Assembly: GCA_019358915.1 (NCBI GenBank)
Contig: JAHHIM010000065.1
Span: 224,001-288,000, forward strand
Reading direction: 5' to 3'
Source: Trichormus sp. ATA11-4-KO1
Lineage (GTDB): Bacteria; Cyanobacteriota; Cyanobacteriia; Cyanobacteriales; Nostocaceae
Length of the DNA stretch: 64,000 bases
This document shows positions 35,833 to 45,904 of this stretch, one piece after another (position 1 is the stretch's first letter; each line of letters opens with the position of its first letter). Under the pieces are notes generated by a model that did not search any database, was not told where the DNA came from, and worked only from the letters and a program-made list of their open reading frames with translations. The position numbers and the translations under genes were made by a program.

Positions 35833-36161
35833 AATTACTGTTTGATGAAAACTTATCCCCTAAATTATCCACCCGTTTGAGCGATCTTTTTCCAGACTCA
35901 CTTCATGTTCGAGATGTAGGCATGAAAGCAACCATAGACCCGATAGTTTGGAATTATGCAAAAGATAATGATTTGATGATCGTCTCAAAAGATGCTGATA
36001 TGCACGATCTGAGTTTACTGTTTGGGAATCCCCCAAAAGTTATCTGGCTTAGACTTGGAAACTGTTCTACCTTACAAGTGGAAAATTTATTGCGTCGGGA
36101 GTTCAGCACAATCAAATTATTTTATGAAGATGAAACTTCATCATTGCTTGCCTTCTCATAA
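35829..36161 (+). CDS. PIN-like toxin (DUF5615-type)
   Basis: MKLLFDENLSP, IVSKDAD, PPKVIWL. Confidence 0.88.
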   Translation: MKLLFDENLSPKLSTRLSDLFPDSLHVRDVGMKATIDPIVWNYAKDNDLMIVSKDADMHDLSLLFGNPPKVIWLRLGNCSTLQVENLLRREFSTIKLFYEDETSSLLAFS

Positions 36162-36168
36162 TTGGAAA

Positions 36169-36275
36169 GCAGAGGGGTTAGTTGAATTAGCAGAATTTTT
36201 ATCTTTGCTGCAATTATGATCGCAGTGTGTAATCAAGCATGAATGACAAGCGATCGCACACCAAAACCAGCACAG
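36169..36275 (+). repeat. Inter-cassette direct repeat, copy 1
   Basis: gggttagttgaattagcagaatttttatctttg...gtgtgtaatcaagcatgaatgacaagcgatcgcac. Confidence 0.9.
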
Positions 36276-36317
36276 GCGATCACACCATAGATTGATATAT
36301 TTGAGTGAGTCAAGTTA

Positions 36318-36614
36318 CTAGTTTCGCGTCTGCCAAATTTTGGCATCTCTCCGCCCGTGAAAAATTGCTATGACAATAATTCGACTTGACACAATCCGAT
36401 AGTAAATAGCATAAGGGAAGCGTTGTAAAACAGCCCGATGAACATCGTTATACACGACAGCATAAGACTCTGGCATTTGGCAAATTTTATTGATAATCTC
36501 ATCTACGCAGCCTAAAAATTCGTCGCCCAGCCCTGCTTGCTGATTTTCGTACCAAGTATATGCATCATCAAGTTCTTCAAGAACCTCTGGACGAAACACC
36601 AACACATAATTCAT
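36318..36614 (-). CDS. RelE/ParE-family toxin
   Basis: DAYTWYENQQAGLGDEF, RFPYAIYY, AIFHGRRD. Confidence 0.9.
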   Translation of the reverse strand: MNYVLVFRPEVLEELDDAYTWYENQQAGLGDEFLGCVDEIINKICQMPESYAVVYNDVHRAVLQRFPYAIYYRIVSSRIIVIAIFHGRRDAKIWQTRN

Positions 36615-36844
36615 TATTGTCTTTTAATGGCAGCTTTAATTTCTTCCCATGTCATCACGTTATCTGGATGAGCTTCATAATCATTAATCCGACGCTCAAG
36701 CTCTTGTTGTTGTGCTGCTGTGACATTTGGATAAATCTGTTCTGCGGCGATACTTTCCCAAATGGCTTGTACAAAACGAAGGCGTTCTTCAATGCTCAGA
36801 GATTTAATCTCATTTAACGTGGCTGTAAAATCCATGTTTATCAA
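36614..36844 (-). CDS. Addiction-module antitoxin
   Basis: LSIEERLRFVQAIWESI...ELERR...TWEEIK. Confidence 0.88.
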   Translation of the reverse strand: MINMDFTATLNEIKSLSIEERLRFVQAIWESIAAEQIYPNVTAAQQQELERRINDYEAHPDNVMTWEEIKAAIKRQ

Positions 36845-36948
36845 TCCAAAGGGAGAAATGTGATGTCAATCCAAAGAGAAAAATGTAATGTCAATATATC
36901 TTAAATATAACGTTAGTTCGATAACTTGAAAAAACCTCTCTCCTGCAA

Positions 36949-37112
36949 ATGGATAGTCAAGATGCAGGAAAAAATGTGACTCCAGCAGAACGACGGGACA
37001 CAAAAGGGTTAATTGAGTTAGCAGAATTTTTATCTTTGCGGCAATTGCGATCGCAGTGTGTAATCAAGCATGAATGACAAGCGATCGCACATAAAAACCA
37101 CTACAGACTATA
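36949..37112 (+). repeat. Inter-cassette direct repeat, copy 2
   Basis: atggatagtcaagatgcagg...gcgatcgcacataaaaaccactacagactat. Confidence 0.9.
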
Positions 37113-37157
37113 TTGATTTACACTAAACTTAGTTTATAGACTTAGTTTATAAATTTC

Positions 37158-37403
37158 ATGGAAAGTGTAAATATCCATCAAGCTAAAACAAATCTCTCAA
37201 AGCTGTTATCACGGGTAGAACTGGGAGAAGAAATAATTATCTCTAACCGAGGTGTTCCCATCGCCAAGTTAGTTCCTTTTCATACTTCATCAAACCGACT
37301 CAATAGTTTAGGGCAAGATCAAGGGCGTTTCGTAGTACCAGATGATTTCAACGCTCCTTTACCGGAAGAAATTTTGGCAGCATTTGAGGGCGGTGAAGAG
37401 TGA
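37158..37403 (+). CDS. Phd/YefM antitoxin
   Basis: VNIHQAKTNLSKLLSRVELGEEIII...PIAKLVP. Confidence 0.92.
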   Translation: MESVNIHQAKTNLSKLLSRVELGEEIIISNRGVPIAKLVPFHTSSNRLNSLGQDQGRFVVPDDFNAPLPEEILAAFEGGEE

Positions 37404-37798
37404 GACTCTTGCTAGATACACAGTGCTGGTTATGGTGGTTTGCTCAACCAGAGCGTTTGAATGAAGAAGCGATCGCCTGTATTGTTGATAAAACCAATGA
37501 ATTATGGCTATCAGTGGCCAGCATTTGGGAAATGGGGATAAAAGTTGCGATCGGCAAGTTACCACTAGCAGATCCCTTAGATAGTTATATTTCTAGTCGG
37601 ATGACACTTTTGGGAGTGCGATCTTTAGAAATTACAGCTTCTCAGGCTTTACGAGCAGCTGCATTGCCTTTGCATCATCGAGATCCTTTTGACAGAATGT
37701 TGATTGCACAGGCTCAGATAGAAAACATGACACTTGTGAGTGCTGATTCAATGTTCAATCAGTACGACGTTCCCCTGCTTTGGGCAGCCAAATCTTGA
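37400..37798 (+). CDS. VapC/PIN toxin
   Basis: LLLDTQ, SVASIWE, HRDPFDRMLIAQA. Confidence 0.93.
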   Translation: MRLLLDTQCWLWWFAQPERLNEEAIACIVDKTNELWLSVASIWEMGIKVAIGKLPLADPLDSYISSRMTLLGVRSLEITASQALRAAALPLHHRDPFDRMLIAQAQIENMTLVSADSMFNQYDVPLLWAAKS

Positions 37799-37809
37799 GA
37801 TTCTAACTT

Positions 37810-37946
37810 ATGGATAGTCAAGATGCAGGAAAAGATGCAACTCCAGCAGAACGACGGGATGCAAAAGGGTTAGTTGAGTTAGCAGAATTTTTATCTTTGC
37901 GGCAATTGCGATCGCAGTGTGTAATCAAGCATGAATGAAAAGCGAT
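37810..37946 (+). repeat. Inter-cassette direct repeat, copy 3 (remainder at 38266-38294)
   Basis: Near-identical to copy 2 up to GCGAT; resumes gatcgcacacaaaaaccactacagactat at 38266. Confidence 0.9.
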
Positions 37947-38167
37947 ACTTGAGCTAAAGCTTCATCTCCTGATATGGGTTGTATAGAACCACTTCTAATT
38001 TCATCTCGCCGCCTTTTAGCTTCAGTAATCCCAGCCGCTTGAATTGCGGGATCTGTATCAAATTCCAAGCTTTCGATGATTTTTTCTGCTAAAAGCGCCC
38101 TCGATGCACTAGGCAAGGATAAAATTTCTTCTGTTAGTTGCTCGATTGACCGCATAGCTTGTGGCAA
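37925..38167 (-). CDS. Orphan addiction-module antitoxin, 3' end clipped
   Basis: LSLPSASRALLAEKIIESL...EAKRRRDEI; last residues come from the repeat. Confidence 0.75.
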   Translation of the reverse strand: MPQAMRSIEQLTEEILSLPSASRALLAEKIIESLEFDTDPAIQAAGITEAKRRRDEIRSGSIQPISGDEALAQVSLFIHA

Positions 38168-38402
38168 GAAGCTGAGGTTTGCTTAAAGTTTAACATGACG
38201 GCAAACGAAACTTTGTATTATGATTTTTAGCTAAAAGCGGTAAGCGTTAACCACACCTTTAAGCTGATCGCACACAAAAACCACTACAGACTATTTGCAT
38301 TTAACAGCAGTAAAATATGTAATTCATTTGCTCTGTGACTCGACCTTAATCTATTCTTATCAAATATAAAGAAAGATTAAGATGATTGGTGTGTAGGAAA
38401 TC

Positions 38403-39620
38403 ATGATCAAGATGTTAGCTCCAAGTAATTGGGTTTTGGTAAACACCTGTTTGCAGTTTGCTGGTTGGGGAGTCTTTTCTCTTGCGCTTGCAGAGGTATT
38501 AAGAGATAGCTACCATGTTTTGTGTCACCAAGTCGGATGGCTTTCTCAATGGCACAACAAGCACCACATGGTATATCGGCGAGATTTATCAATAGTGTCT
38601 CTGAAAGCTTACCAAGATTCCCAGCTCTATCACGATATCTTCGAGTCGAGTCTATTGGTAATTGTATTGACACTGATTGCCTTATTTGTTCATCAAATGG
38701 GGTTATGGCTGGGAGTAGTATATGGCTTTACCTTCTTGTTTGGTGCTTCGCTGCGATATTTCCAGGGAAAAATCGATACAGACTACAACCATCTACCCGG
38801 CCCTTTACAAATCATTCCATCCGTTTGGTGGGTGAATCGGTCTTATCATTGGCGGCATCATTTTGATAATGTCAATGCCTACTACAGTGGTGTCTTTCCT
38901 TTAGTGGATAAAATACTGGGTACCGCATTATCTCTCAAGGGTAAAACCGTCGCTTTAACTGGAGCATCAGGCGCTCTCGGGCAAGCTTTGGCGGCTGAAC
39001 TGCTCAAGCACAATGCTAAAGTGGTGGCATTAACCACTAACCCAGAAAAATTAGCAACGCACACTGAGTTAAAGGTGGTTTCCTGGGAGTTGGGTCATGA
39101 AGCTCAACTAAAGGATTGTTTAGCAAAAATTGATATTTTAATTATTAACCACGGCGTTAATGTCTACGCTAGCCGTACATCTCAGGCTATCAATTCTTCT
39201 TATGAAGTTAATACTTTCTCGGCATTGCGGTTAATGGATATATTTTTAACCACGGTAACAGGGCCACAAGCAAAGGCAACAAAAGAAATCTGGGTTAATA
39301 CTTCTGAGGCTGAGGTTTCCCCGGCGTTAAGTCCGCTTTATGAACTCAGTAAACGCACATTAGGAGACATTGTGACTCTCAAGCGGTTGGATGGTAATTG
39401 TATTGTTCGCAAGTTAATCCTCGGGCCGTTTAAGAGTCAACTTAATCCTTATGGAGTGATGTCAGCGCCGCAAGTGGCTCGTGCCATTTTGTTTTTAGCA
39501 CGAAGAGATTACCGAAATATCATTGTGACAATCAATCCTCTCACTTATATACTTTTTCCTTTAAAGGAAACTACTACATGGCTGTATTACCGAATTTTTA
39601 GCAAAACAGCCAAGAGTTAG
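38403..39620 (+). CDS. Bifunctional sterol desaturase / short-chain dehydrogenase
   Basis: His boxes HNKHH and HWRHH; TGASGALG; YELSK. Confidence 0.88.
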   Translation: MIKMLAPSNWVLVNTCLQFAGWGVFSLALAEVLRDSYHVLCHQVGWLSQWHNKHHMVYRRDLSIVSLKAYQDSQLYHDIFESSLLVIVLTLIALFVHQMGLWLGVVYGFTFLFGASLRYFQGKIDTDYNHLPGPLQIIPSVWWVNRSYHWRHHFDNVNAYYSGVFPLVDKILGTALSLKGKTVALTGASGALGQALAAELLKHNAKVVALTTNPEKLATHTELKVVSWELGHEAQLKDCLAKIDILIINHGVNVYASRTSQAINSSYEVNTFSALRLMDIFLTTVTGPQAKATKEIWVNTSEAEVSPALSPLYELSKRTLGDIVTLKRLDGNCIVRKLILGPFKSQLNPYGVMSAPQVARAILFLARRDYRNIIVTINPLTYILFPLKETTTWLYYRIFSKTAKS

Positions 39621-39941
39621 AGCAAGGCTGAGATTTGAGATATCTTCCACCAGGCAACGGTCATACCAGGCTACACAGACGAGGCGTTCGTGAGCCTGTA
39701 GGCTTATCCTTACCGTATGCAAGTGGGTAGAATGTGCGCCTCCTTGCAGAAAAAGGTAAACATGTATTAGGCTATGCAAGAACCAACGTACAGAAAGCTC
39801 TTAATCCATCAGTAAGGGAAAGTATTTGCTGTCACATCTATTGCTGAATACATCTTTGAAGAAGAACCCAAACAGCTTGATTTATTGAACACACTTTCCT
39901 TGTTATACGCAGGGTAAGCAGTAATTAAGGAGGAAGACAGT

Positions 39942-40466
39942 ATGTTAAAGCAACTTTTAAAAGGTAGCTCTGTGTTAGTTTTTTTGGTTGCAGGCAACCT
40001 TTCTGCTCTAGCAGAAACTCCAGAATCACAATCTCAACCTCAAGCGCCTCAAGTGCAAGAGGTACCTCAAGTTCCAGAATCTCAAGCACAAGATGTCAGC
40101 ACAGAAGAACTACAGCAATTTGCCAACGTCATCCCCAAGTTGCAGGAAATTGGTCAAACAGCGCAGCAGAAATTTGCACAAGCAATCCAACAATCAGGTC
40201 TGAGTATAGAAAGATTTCAAGAGCTTTCCCAAACACAGCAGTCGCCTGAGGCTAACCCATCTACACCAGCAACTCCAGAGGAGCAAAAATCCTTTAACCA
40301 AGCGTCCTCCCAAATACAGTCAATCGAACAAGAAACCCTATCTCAACAAGAGCAAGTAGTCCGAGAGGGTGGGTTAGAACCGAGGCGCTTCAGTCAGATA
40401 TTGGTTGCCATTCAGCAAAATCCAGCTTTGCAACAGCAGGTACAGCAGCTTATTCAACAAAATTAG
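39942..40466 (+). CDS. Secreted Gln-rich protein (DUF4168-like)
   Basis: Signal peptide; two GLxxxRF repeats. Confidence 0.75.
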   Translation: MLKQLLKGSSVLVFLVAGNLSALAETPESQSQPQAPQVQEVPQVPESQAQDVSTEELQQFANVIPKLQEIGQTAQQKFAQAIQQSGLSIERFQELSQTQQSPEANPSTPATPEEQKSFNQASSQIQSIEQETLSQQEQVVREGGLEPRRFSQILVAIQQNPALQQQVQQLIQQN

Positions 40467-40578
40467 TAACTTTATAGCCACCTGAATTCAAGTATCTCTC
40501 AGGTGGCAATGACTCCCATACTTGCACAGTAAACTCTAAAACTTTCTTTTGTTAAAGCTTGCAAAAAAAACACGCACT

Positions 40579-40817
40579 ATAGCAATCCTCAATCATTTGA
40601 GAAAGAAATAGCTAAAAAGCTTATAGCAATTCCCAGTTAAGTGAGGTACAGAACTAATGTTTTTCAACGCAGAGCGGCGCTAAGGGAGCGCAGAGTTATG
40701 CAAAGATTGCCCAATTTTATTAGCGATGTAATCAGTACTTCAGCAGATTAGGAAACGCTATCTACAACACTTACTTTTTATCTGTATCTTTTCTCACGTT
40801 TTAACTAGGATTGCTAT
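40579..40817. mobile_element. MITE-like element with nested related element
   Basis: atagcaatcct...aggattgctat termini; inner atagcaattcc...ggaaacgctat. Confidence 0.55.
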
Positions 40818-40917
40818 TGTGCGCTTTCGTCACTTTCATCAGAAAAAAATCTTAAGACCCTGATTTTTCAGGACTTTTATGAATACAAGTGCTAAATTTT
40901 GTTAGCTGATTTAGTGA

Positions 40918-41292
40918 TCACGATTTAGTAAAAATCATCTTAAAAGCGATAAAAAGTAATGCTGTCCCAAATATCCTTCGCAAAAATACCTCTGGTATTC
41001 CAATGGCAAATTTAGCACCTAGCAATGCTCCCAAGAAAAAACCAACACAGACAAAGATAGTTACTTTTAAGTCTACATATCCCTGCTGGTAATAAGCCCA
41101 AGCTCCAAGTAAACTAATTGGTGGAACCATCAAAGCCAAGGTGGTTCCCTGGGCGCTATGCTGGGAAAAACCAAAAAAATAAACGAGTGCTGGTGTAATG
41201 AATACACCTCCTCCAATGCCAATTAATCCACTTAAAATTCCAGTTACGGAACCCAATATCAGATAAGCTATGGTAGCTGTCAAAATTTCCAT
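40918..41292 (-). CDS. TauE/SafE (TSUP) family half-size membrane protein
   Basis: SGLIGIGGG, AQGTTLA. Confidence 0.85.
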   Translation of the reverse strand: MEILTATIAYLILGSVTGILSGLIGIGGGVFITPALVYFFGFSQHSAQGTTLALMVPPISLLGAWAYYQQGYVDLKVTIFVCVGFFLGALLGAKFAIGIPEVFLRRIFGTALLFIAFKMIFTKS

Positions 41293-41726
41293 AATTACTT
41301 TTAAGCTAACAACCATCTGGATTTTACTAGGCACACAGACAAACCTTTCCTTCCTGAAATTTAATGGATTTGTCCAGTTTAGTTTTCAACCAAGACTTTC
41401 ATTTTTTGCGTGGTGACTGGTGTAGCTTGGTAACTTCCCCCACTCTTATTTGAGTTGCATTATACAATCATTGCTCCAGAGGAGGGTTGTAGTGGGGGAA
41501 ATTGTGAGCAGTTTACATTTGCTGATGGAAAGGCAAAGTGTTATTCAAAAACTTTATTTGATCGTGAGACTTTAAGCAATTAATTCACTTGATGCCGGGT
41601 ATGTTAACACAAGCCAATCAACTGAACAAGTTTTTGAGGTGCTTATGCCATTTTGACAAGAATGACTGTTACTTGAATTTGACAGAACCAATTATTTCTG
41701 TGCTTCCAAGTCGTGCAACTAAAGTA

Positions 41727-41891
41727 TTAGGGAGTCGTTGGTGGAGTAGCTTCTGGCGGTGCTGCTGGTGGAGTAGCTTCTGGCGGTGCTGCTGGTGGAG
41801 TAGTTTCCGGTGGAGTAGCAGTAGGCTGACAGGCACTCGTCAGCAAGGTTGCACCCAAAGCGGAAGCAAGAAAAGCAAATTTTATGTTCAT
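41727..41891 (-). CDS. 54-aa Pro/Thr-rich lipoprotein (not in ORF track)
   Basis: MNIKFAFLASALGATLLTSA-C lipobox then TPPAAPPEA repeats; AGGAG RBS upstream. Confidence 0.8.
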   Translation of the reverse strand: MNIKFAFLASALGATLLTSACQPTATPPETTPPAAPPEATPPAAPPEATPPTTP

Positions 41892-42356
41892 AACTTCTCC
41901 TTAAAAATAGTAGTGAACAGCATTATGGTACTAATTTGTACACTCTTTTTACTATGATAAATGTGTAATACAAGACAAGATTTATTGTACTGTGTTTCCG
42001 TAATTTGTGCCACCACTGGCTAGAAAATATAGTAATTAGAAATTCAAAATAAATAAGTCTATTGGGAGATTTTAAATGTGCGAATTTTGAATTAATTATA
42101 ATTCACTTATCTTGACAGATATGGCTGTTCAGCATAGATTAATAAGTCTGTACCAGCATGAATTTTAAATTACCACAACAAGTTTGCTAGTGATTAGCAG
42201 GTTTGTTGGATAAATAGCAAAGTTAAAAGTAAAAAGTACTACATAGTCAACGTCAGCAGAAAATGTTGTACTAAATTGCTGTAATTATTTGACATCCCAG
42301 CATCAGTAGGAGTATATTAATAAATAACGAGCGTTCGATATAAATAAAGCCGAATC

Positions 42357-42962
42357 ATGCCTAAGATTGTTGACCATGACCAATACCGCAAAGAACTCCT
42401 GAGCAAGAGTTTTGATTTATTTGCCCAAAAAGGTTATGGTTCGGTCACCATGAGGCAAATTGCTCAAGGTTTAAATGTTTCTACTGGTACGCTTTATCAT
42501 TATTTTCCTAGTAAACAAGCTTTGTTTGAGCAATTAGTTGAGGAAATAAGTCAGCAAGATGTGAGTGCAGCACTGGCGGAGATGGCAGGCGCTAAAACGC
42601 TGCAAGAGTCGATGGCAGCACTGGGAAGATATCTAGTTAAAAATGAGGATTACTTTATTAAGTGGACTTATGTCTGGGTTGATTTTTGTCAGCATCAAGA
42701 CTCACAAGAAATCCGCAACAATGTTGTATTTAAACGTGCTAATCAAAGATATCAGCAGGCAGCTTGTGATTTTCTAGGTATTCAAGATGCAGTATTGGCA
42801 TCTTTTATATTGAGCTTTGTTAATGGTTTAATTATGGAGAAATTATGGGGTAATGAAATGATTGATTTTTCTGAACAATGTACATTGTTGGGTAAAATGC
42901 TGACGTTATATTTACAGCAAGAAAATTATCACAAAGCTGCTAATTTACAGCCATATAAATAA
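42357..42962 (+). CDS. TetR-family regulator
   Basis: FAQKGYGSVTMRQIA...GTLYHYFPSK. Confidence 0.93.
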   Translation: MPKIVDHDQYRKELLSKSFDLFAQKGYGSVTMRQIAQGLNVSTGTLYHYFPSKQALFEQLVEEISQQDVSAALAEMAGAKTLQESMAALGRYLVKNEDYFIKWTYVWVDFCQHQDSQEIRNNVVFKRANQRYQQAACDFLGIQDAVLASFILSFVNGLIMEKLWGNEMIDFSEQCTLLGKMLTLYLQQENYHKAANLQPYK

Positions 42963-43025
42963 TTAGGGTTTTAGTAATAATGTTAATTTCACGTATCAAA
43001 TAAGTGTGTTTATTGTGAGGGGAAA

Positions 43026-44306
43026 ATGGGGCAAAATCTGTTATTTAAACCTGCTTATAAAACGCTAATTCCCTTAGTAATAGCTGCGACTGCAATTGCA
43101 GGTGGCATTGCTGTTTATAGCATTTCTCAGTTTGGACAAGTTGGTCAAACTGCCTCATCTGAATTAGGACAAACCACACCAAGAGTGACGGCTTTAGGAA
43201 GATTAGAGCCAGAAACAGAAGTAATTAGTTTGTCTGCACCTTTGGTTTTAGACGGCGATCGCATTGCTCAAATCCTAGTTAAAGAAGGTGATATCGTTGC
43301 AGCCGGACAGGTGGTAGCAATTTTAGACTCACGCGATCGCTTGCAGAATGCGGTACTCCAAGCTCAAAAACAGGTGAGAGTCACTCAAGCAAGATTGGCT
43401 CAAGTCAAAGCCGGGGCAAAAACTGGAGAAATTCAAGCACAACAGGCAACTGTGGAACGCTTACAAGCGCAGTTACAAGGAGATAAAACCGCTCAACAAG
43501 AAGCGATCGCTCGCATCGAAGCGCAGTGGTTAGGAGATAGAATTGCCCAAGAGGCGACAATTAAAAAACTGGTAGCAGAACTCAACAATGCCGCAGCTGA
43601 ATATCAACGTTATCAGCAGCTATCTTCCCAAGGAGCAATTTCTCATTCTTTATTTGATAGTAAGCGTTTGATTTGGGAAACCGCACAACAGCAGCTAGAC
43701 GAAGCCAAAGCAGTTCTCAACCGCATTAATTCTACAGCGAGTAGGCAACTGACTGAAGCTAAAGTTGCACTCACCCGAATTAACGCCACTAGCAACAAAC
43801 AAATCAGCGAAGCCAAAGCCACACTCAACAGTATTGCCGAAGTTCGTCCGGTAGATGTGCAGGCTGCACAGAGTGAAGTGGAAAATGCGATCGCATCTCT
43901 CAAACAAGCCGAAACAGACTTAGCAGCAGCAGAGATTAAAGCCCCAATGGCGGGTCAAATTCTCAAGATTCATACAAAAGTTGGAGAAAAAATTCGTGAT
44001 GCCGGCATTGCAGACTTAGCCCAAACCGAGCAAATGATGGTAGTAGCAGAAGTTTATCAAACCGACATTGGTAAAATTCAACTGGGACAGCCAGCAGTAA
44101 TTACTAGTCAAGTATTTGATGGTGAATTACAAGGGACAGTTTCCCAAATTGGTTTACAAGTAAATCGACAAAACGTTTTTAGCAACCAACCAGGAGAAAA
44201 CCTAGACAGCCGAGTGATTGAGGTCAAAATTCGTCTCAACCCTGAAGACAGTAAACGCGTCGCTGGGCTGACTAACTTGCAAGTACAAACAGCAATTGAA
44301 TTATAA
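43026..44306 (+). CDS. devB: DevB-family ABC exporter membrane fusion protein
   Basis: VTALGRLEPE, coiled coil, AEVYQTDI, RVIEVKIRL; paralog identity unknown. Confidence 0.88.
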   Translation: MGQNLLFKPAYKTLIPLVIAATAIAGGIAVYSISQFGQVGQTASSELGQTTPRVTALGRLEPETEVISLSAPLVLDGDRIAQILVKEGDIVAAGQVVAILDSRDRLQNAVLQAQKQVRVTQARLAQVKAGAKTGEIQAQQATVERLQAQLQGDKTAQQEAIARIEAQWLGDRIAQEATIKKLVAELNNAAAEYQRYQQLSSQGAISHSLFDSKRLIWETAQQQLDEAKAVLNRINSTASRQLTEAKVALTRINATSNKQISEAKATLNSIAEVRPVDVQAAQSEVENAIASLKQAETDLAAAEIKAPMAGQILKIHTKVGEKIRDAGIADLAQTEQMMVVAEVYQTDIGKIQLGQPAVITSQVFDGELQGTVSQIGLQVNRQNVFSNQPGENLDSRVIEVKIRLNPEDSKRVAGLTNLQVQTAIEL

Positions 44307-44333
44307 ATCCTTAGAAAATTAGGTAATTTTATC

Positions 44334-44669
44334 ATGCTGAAAGTCATATATCTTCTGCTTTGTATTTTCGGAACAGTTTTGCCTTACTCACAGTTATGGC
44401 CATTTGTCCTAGAATATGGTCTTGATATCCGGCTTTTTTTTGAACAGCTATTTGCTAATAGAATTTCCGGTTTTTTTGGCATGGATGTAATTGTTTCATC
44501 CCTAGTTTTTTGGGTATTTGTATATGGGGAAGGTACACGTCTGAAAATACCAAATCTCTGGATTTACATTGCTGCTAATCTTTTGGTTGGGGTTTCCCTT
44601 GGTTTGCCTTTATTTCTCTTAATGCGACAGTATCAACTTGAACAACAGACTGAGACTGTGAGATTTTAA
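44334..44669 (+). CDS. Small membrane protein (DUF2834-like)
   Basis: FANRISGFFGMD...VGVSLGLPLFL. Confidence 0.75.
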   Translation: MLKVIYLLLCIFGTVLPYSQLWPFVLEYGLDIRLFFEQLFANRISGFFGMDVIVSSLVFWVFVYGEGTRLKIPNLWIYIAANLLVGVSLGLPLFLLMRQYQLEQQTETVRF

Positions 44670-44697
44670 CTAACTTTGATATGGGGACAATTGCCAG

Positions 44698-45864
44698 ATG
44701 TTTTATAAAATATCCCGCAAAACTCCGCTAGCATGGCGGCAGTTAATGAAAGAAAAAACGCGTCTAGCAGTTGCGGTTGCAGGTATTACTTTTGCCGATA
44801 TGTTGATGTTTATTCAACTGGGGTTTGAAAGTGCGCTTTTTGATGCAGCCATACAACCTCATCGCAATTTACAAGCGGACTTGGTTTTAATTAATCCCCA
44901 ATTTCAAACTTTATTTTCAGTCAAAAGCTTTTCTAGAGAACGACTGTATCAAACATTAGGTTATGAAGGTGTAGAGTCAGTAAATTCTGTATATATTGGC
45001 ACTGGACAATGGCGAAATCCTGAAACACGACTTGATCGGGCTATCTTGATTTGGGGTATTGATCCTACCCAATCTGCATTCAAGTTTCCCGAAGTTCAAC
45101 AAAACCAGGATCATCTCAAACAGTTGCATCAAGTTCTGTTTGATCAAGCTGGTCGTCCAGAATATGGGGCTGTGGGTGATATCTTCCAAAAAACAGGCAA
45201 TTTTGAAACAGAATTGAATAATAAAGCTGTGCGTGTTCGGGGCGTATTTAGTAACGGTGCTTCCTTCGCCGCCGATGGTAATGTTATCACCAGTGACTCC
45301 ACCTTTTTACAACTATTTCCAGACCGTCAACGCGATCGCATCGAAGTCGGGTTAATTACTCTCAAACCAGGTGCTGATCCAGAGAAAGTGCGATCGCAAC
45401 TCGCTGCTGGACTCCCTAATGATGTCAGCGTCCTGACTCCAGAAGGTTTTGCCCAAACCGAAAAAGATTACTGGGCAACTGGCACTGGTATTGGGTTTAT
45501 CTTCGGTTTAGGTGTGGGAGTCGGTTTCATTGTCGGCATTGTGATTGTTTATCAGATTCTTTACTCCGACGTTTCGGAACACCTGCCAGAATACGCCACC
45601 CTCAAAGCCATGGGTTACAGCGATCGCTATCTATTGGGAGTCTTGCTCCAAGAGGCATTATTTTTAGCCGTCTTGGGTTATATCCCGGCATTCTTCCTGT
45701 CTTTTGGATTGTATCAGCTTACCTATGCTGCCACACTGCTGCCCATCGCGATGAAAGTAGACAGGGCAATAACAGTATTTATTCTCACTGTCATCATGTG
45801 TAGTTTTTCTGGGGCGATCGCTATGCGGAAATTACGATCAGCTGACCCCGCCGATGTTTTTTAA
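44698..45864 (+). CDS. devC: DevC-family ABC permease
   Basis: PLAWRQL, EYATLKAMGY, ADPADVF. Confidence 0.9.
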   Translation: MFYKISRKTPLAWRQLMKEKTRLAVAVAGITFADMLMFIQLGFESALFDAAIQPHRNLQADLVLINPQFQTLFSVKSFSRERLYQTLGYEGVESVNSVYIGTGQWRNPETRLDRAILIWGIDPTQSAFKFPEVQQNQDHLKQLHQVLFDQAGRPEYGAVGDIFQKTGNFETELNNKAVRVRGVFSNGASFAADGNVITSDSTFLQLFPDRQRDRIEVGLITLKPGADPEKVRSQLAAGLPNDVSVLTPEGFAQTEKDYWATGTGIGFIFGLGVGVGFIVGIVIVYQILYSDVSEHLPEYATLKAMGYSDRYLLGVLLQEALFLAVLGYIPAFFLSFGLYQLTYAATLLPIAMKVDRAITVFILTVIMCSFSGAIAMRKLRSADPADVF

Positions 45865-45904
45865 TTTTTGGGTTCCCTTGTTCCTTCATCCCCTTCTATT
45901 CACT

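Noticed and set aside
36169..38294. Possible CRISPR array or classical integron
   Set aside because: Repeats are over 100 bp and separated by whole genes; no cas or intI gene and no clear attC structure
41589..41957. Trp/Cys-repeat ORF (WWSSFWRCC) as a RiPP-like precursor
   Set aside because: Antisense shadow of the Pro-rich lipoprotein gene
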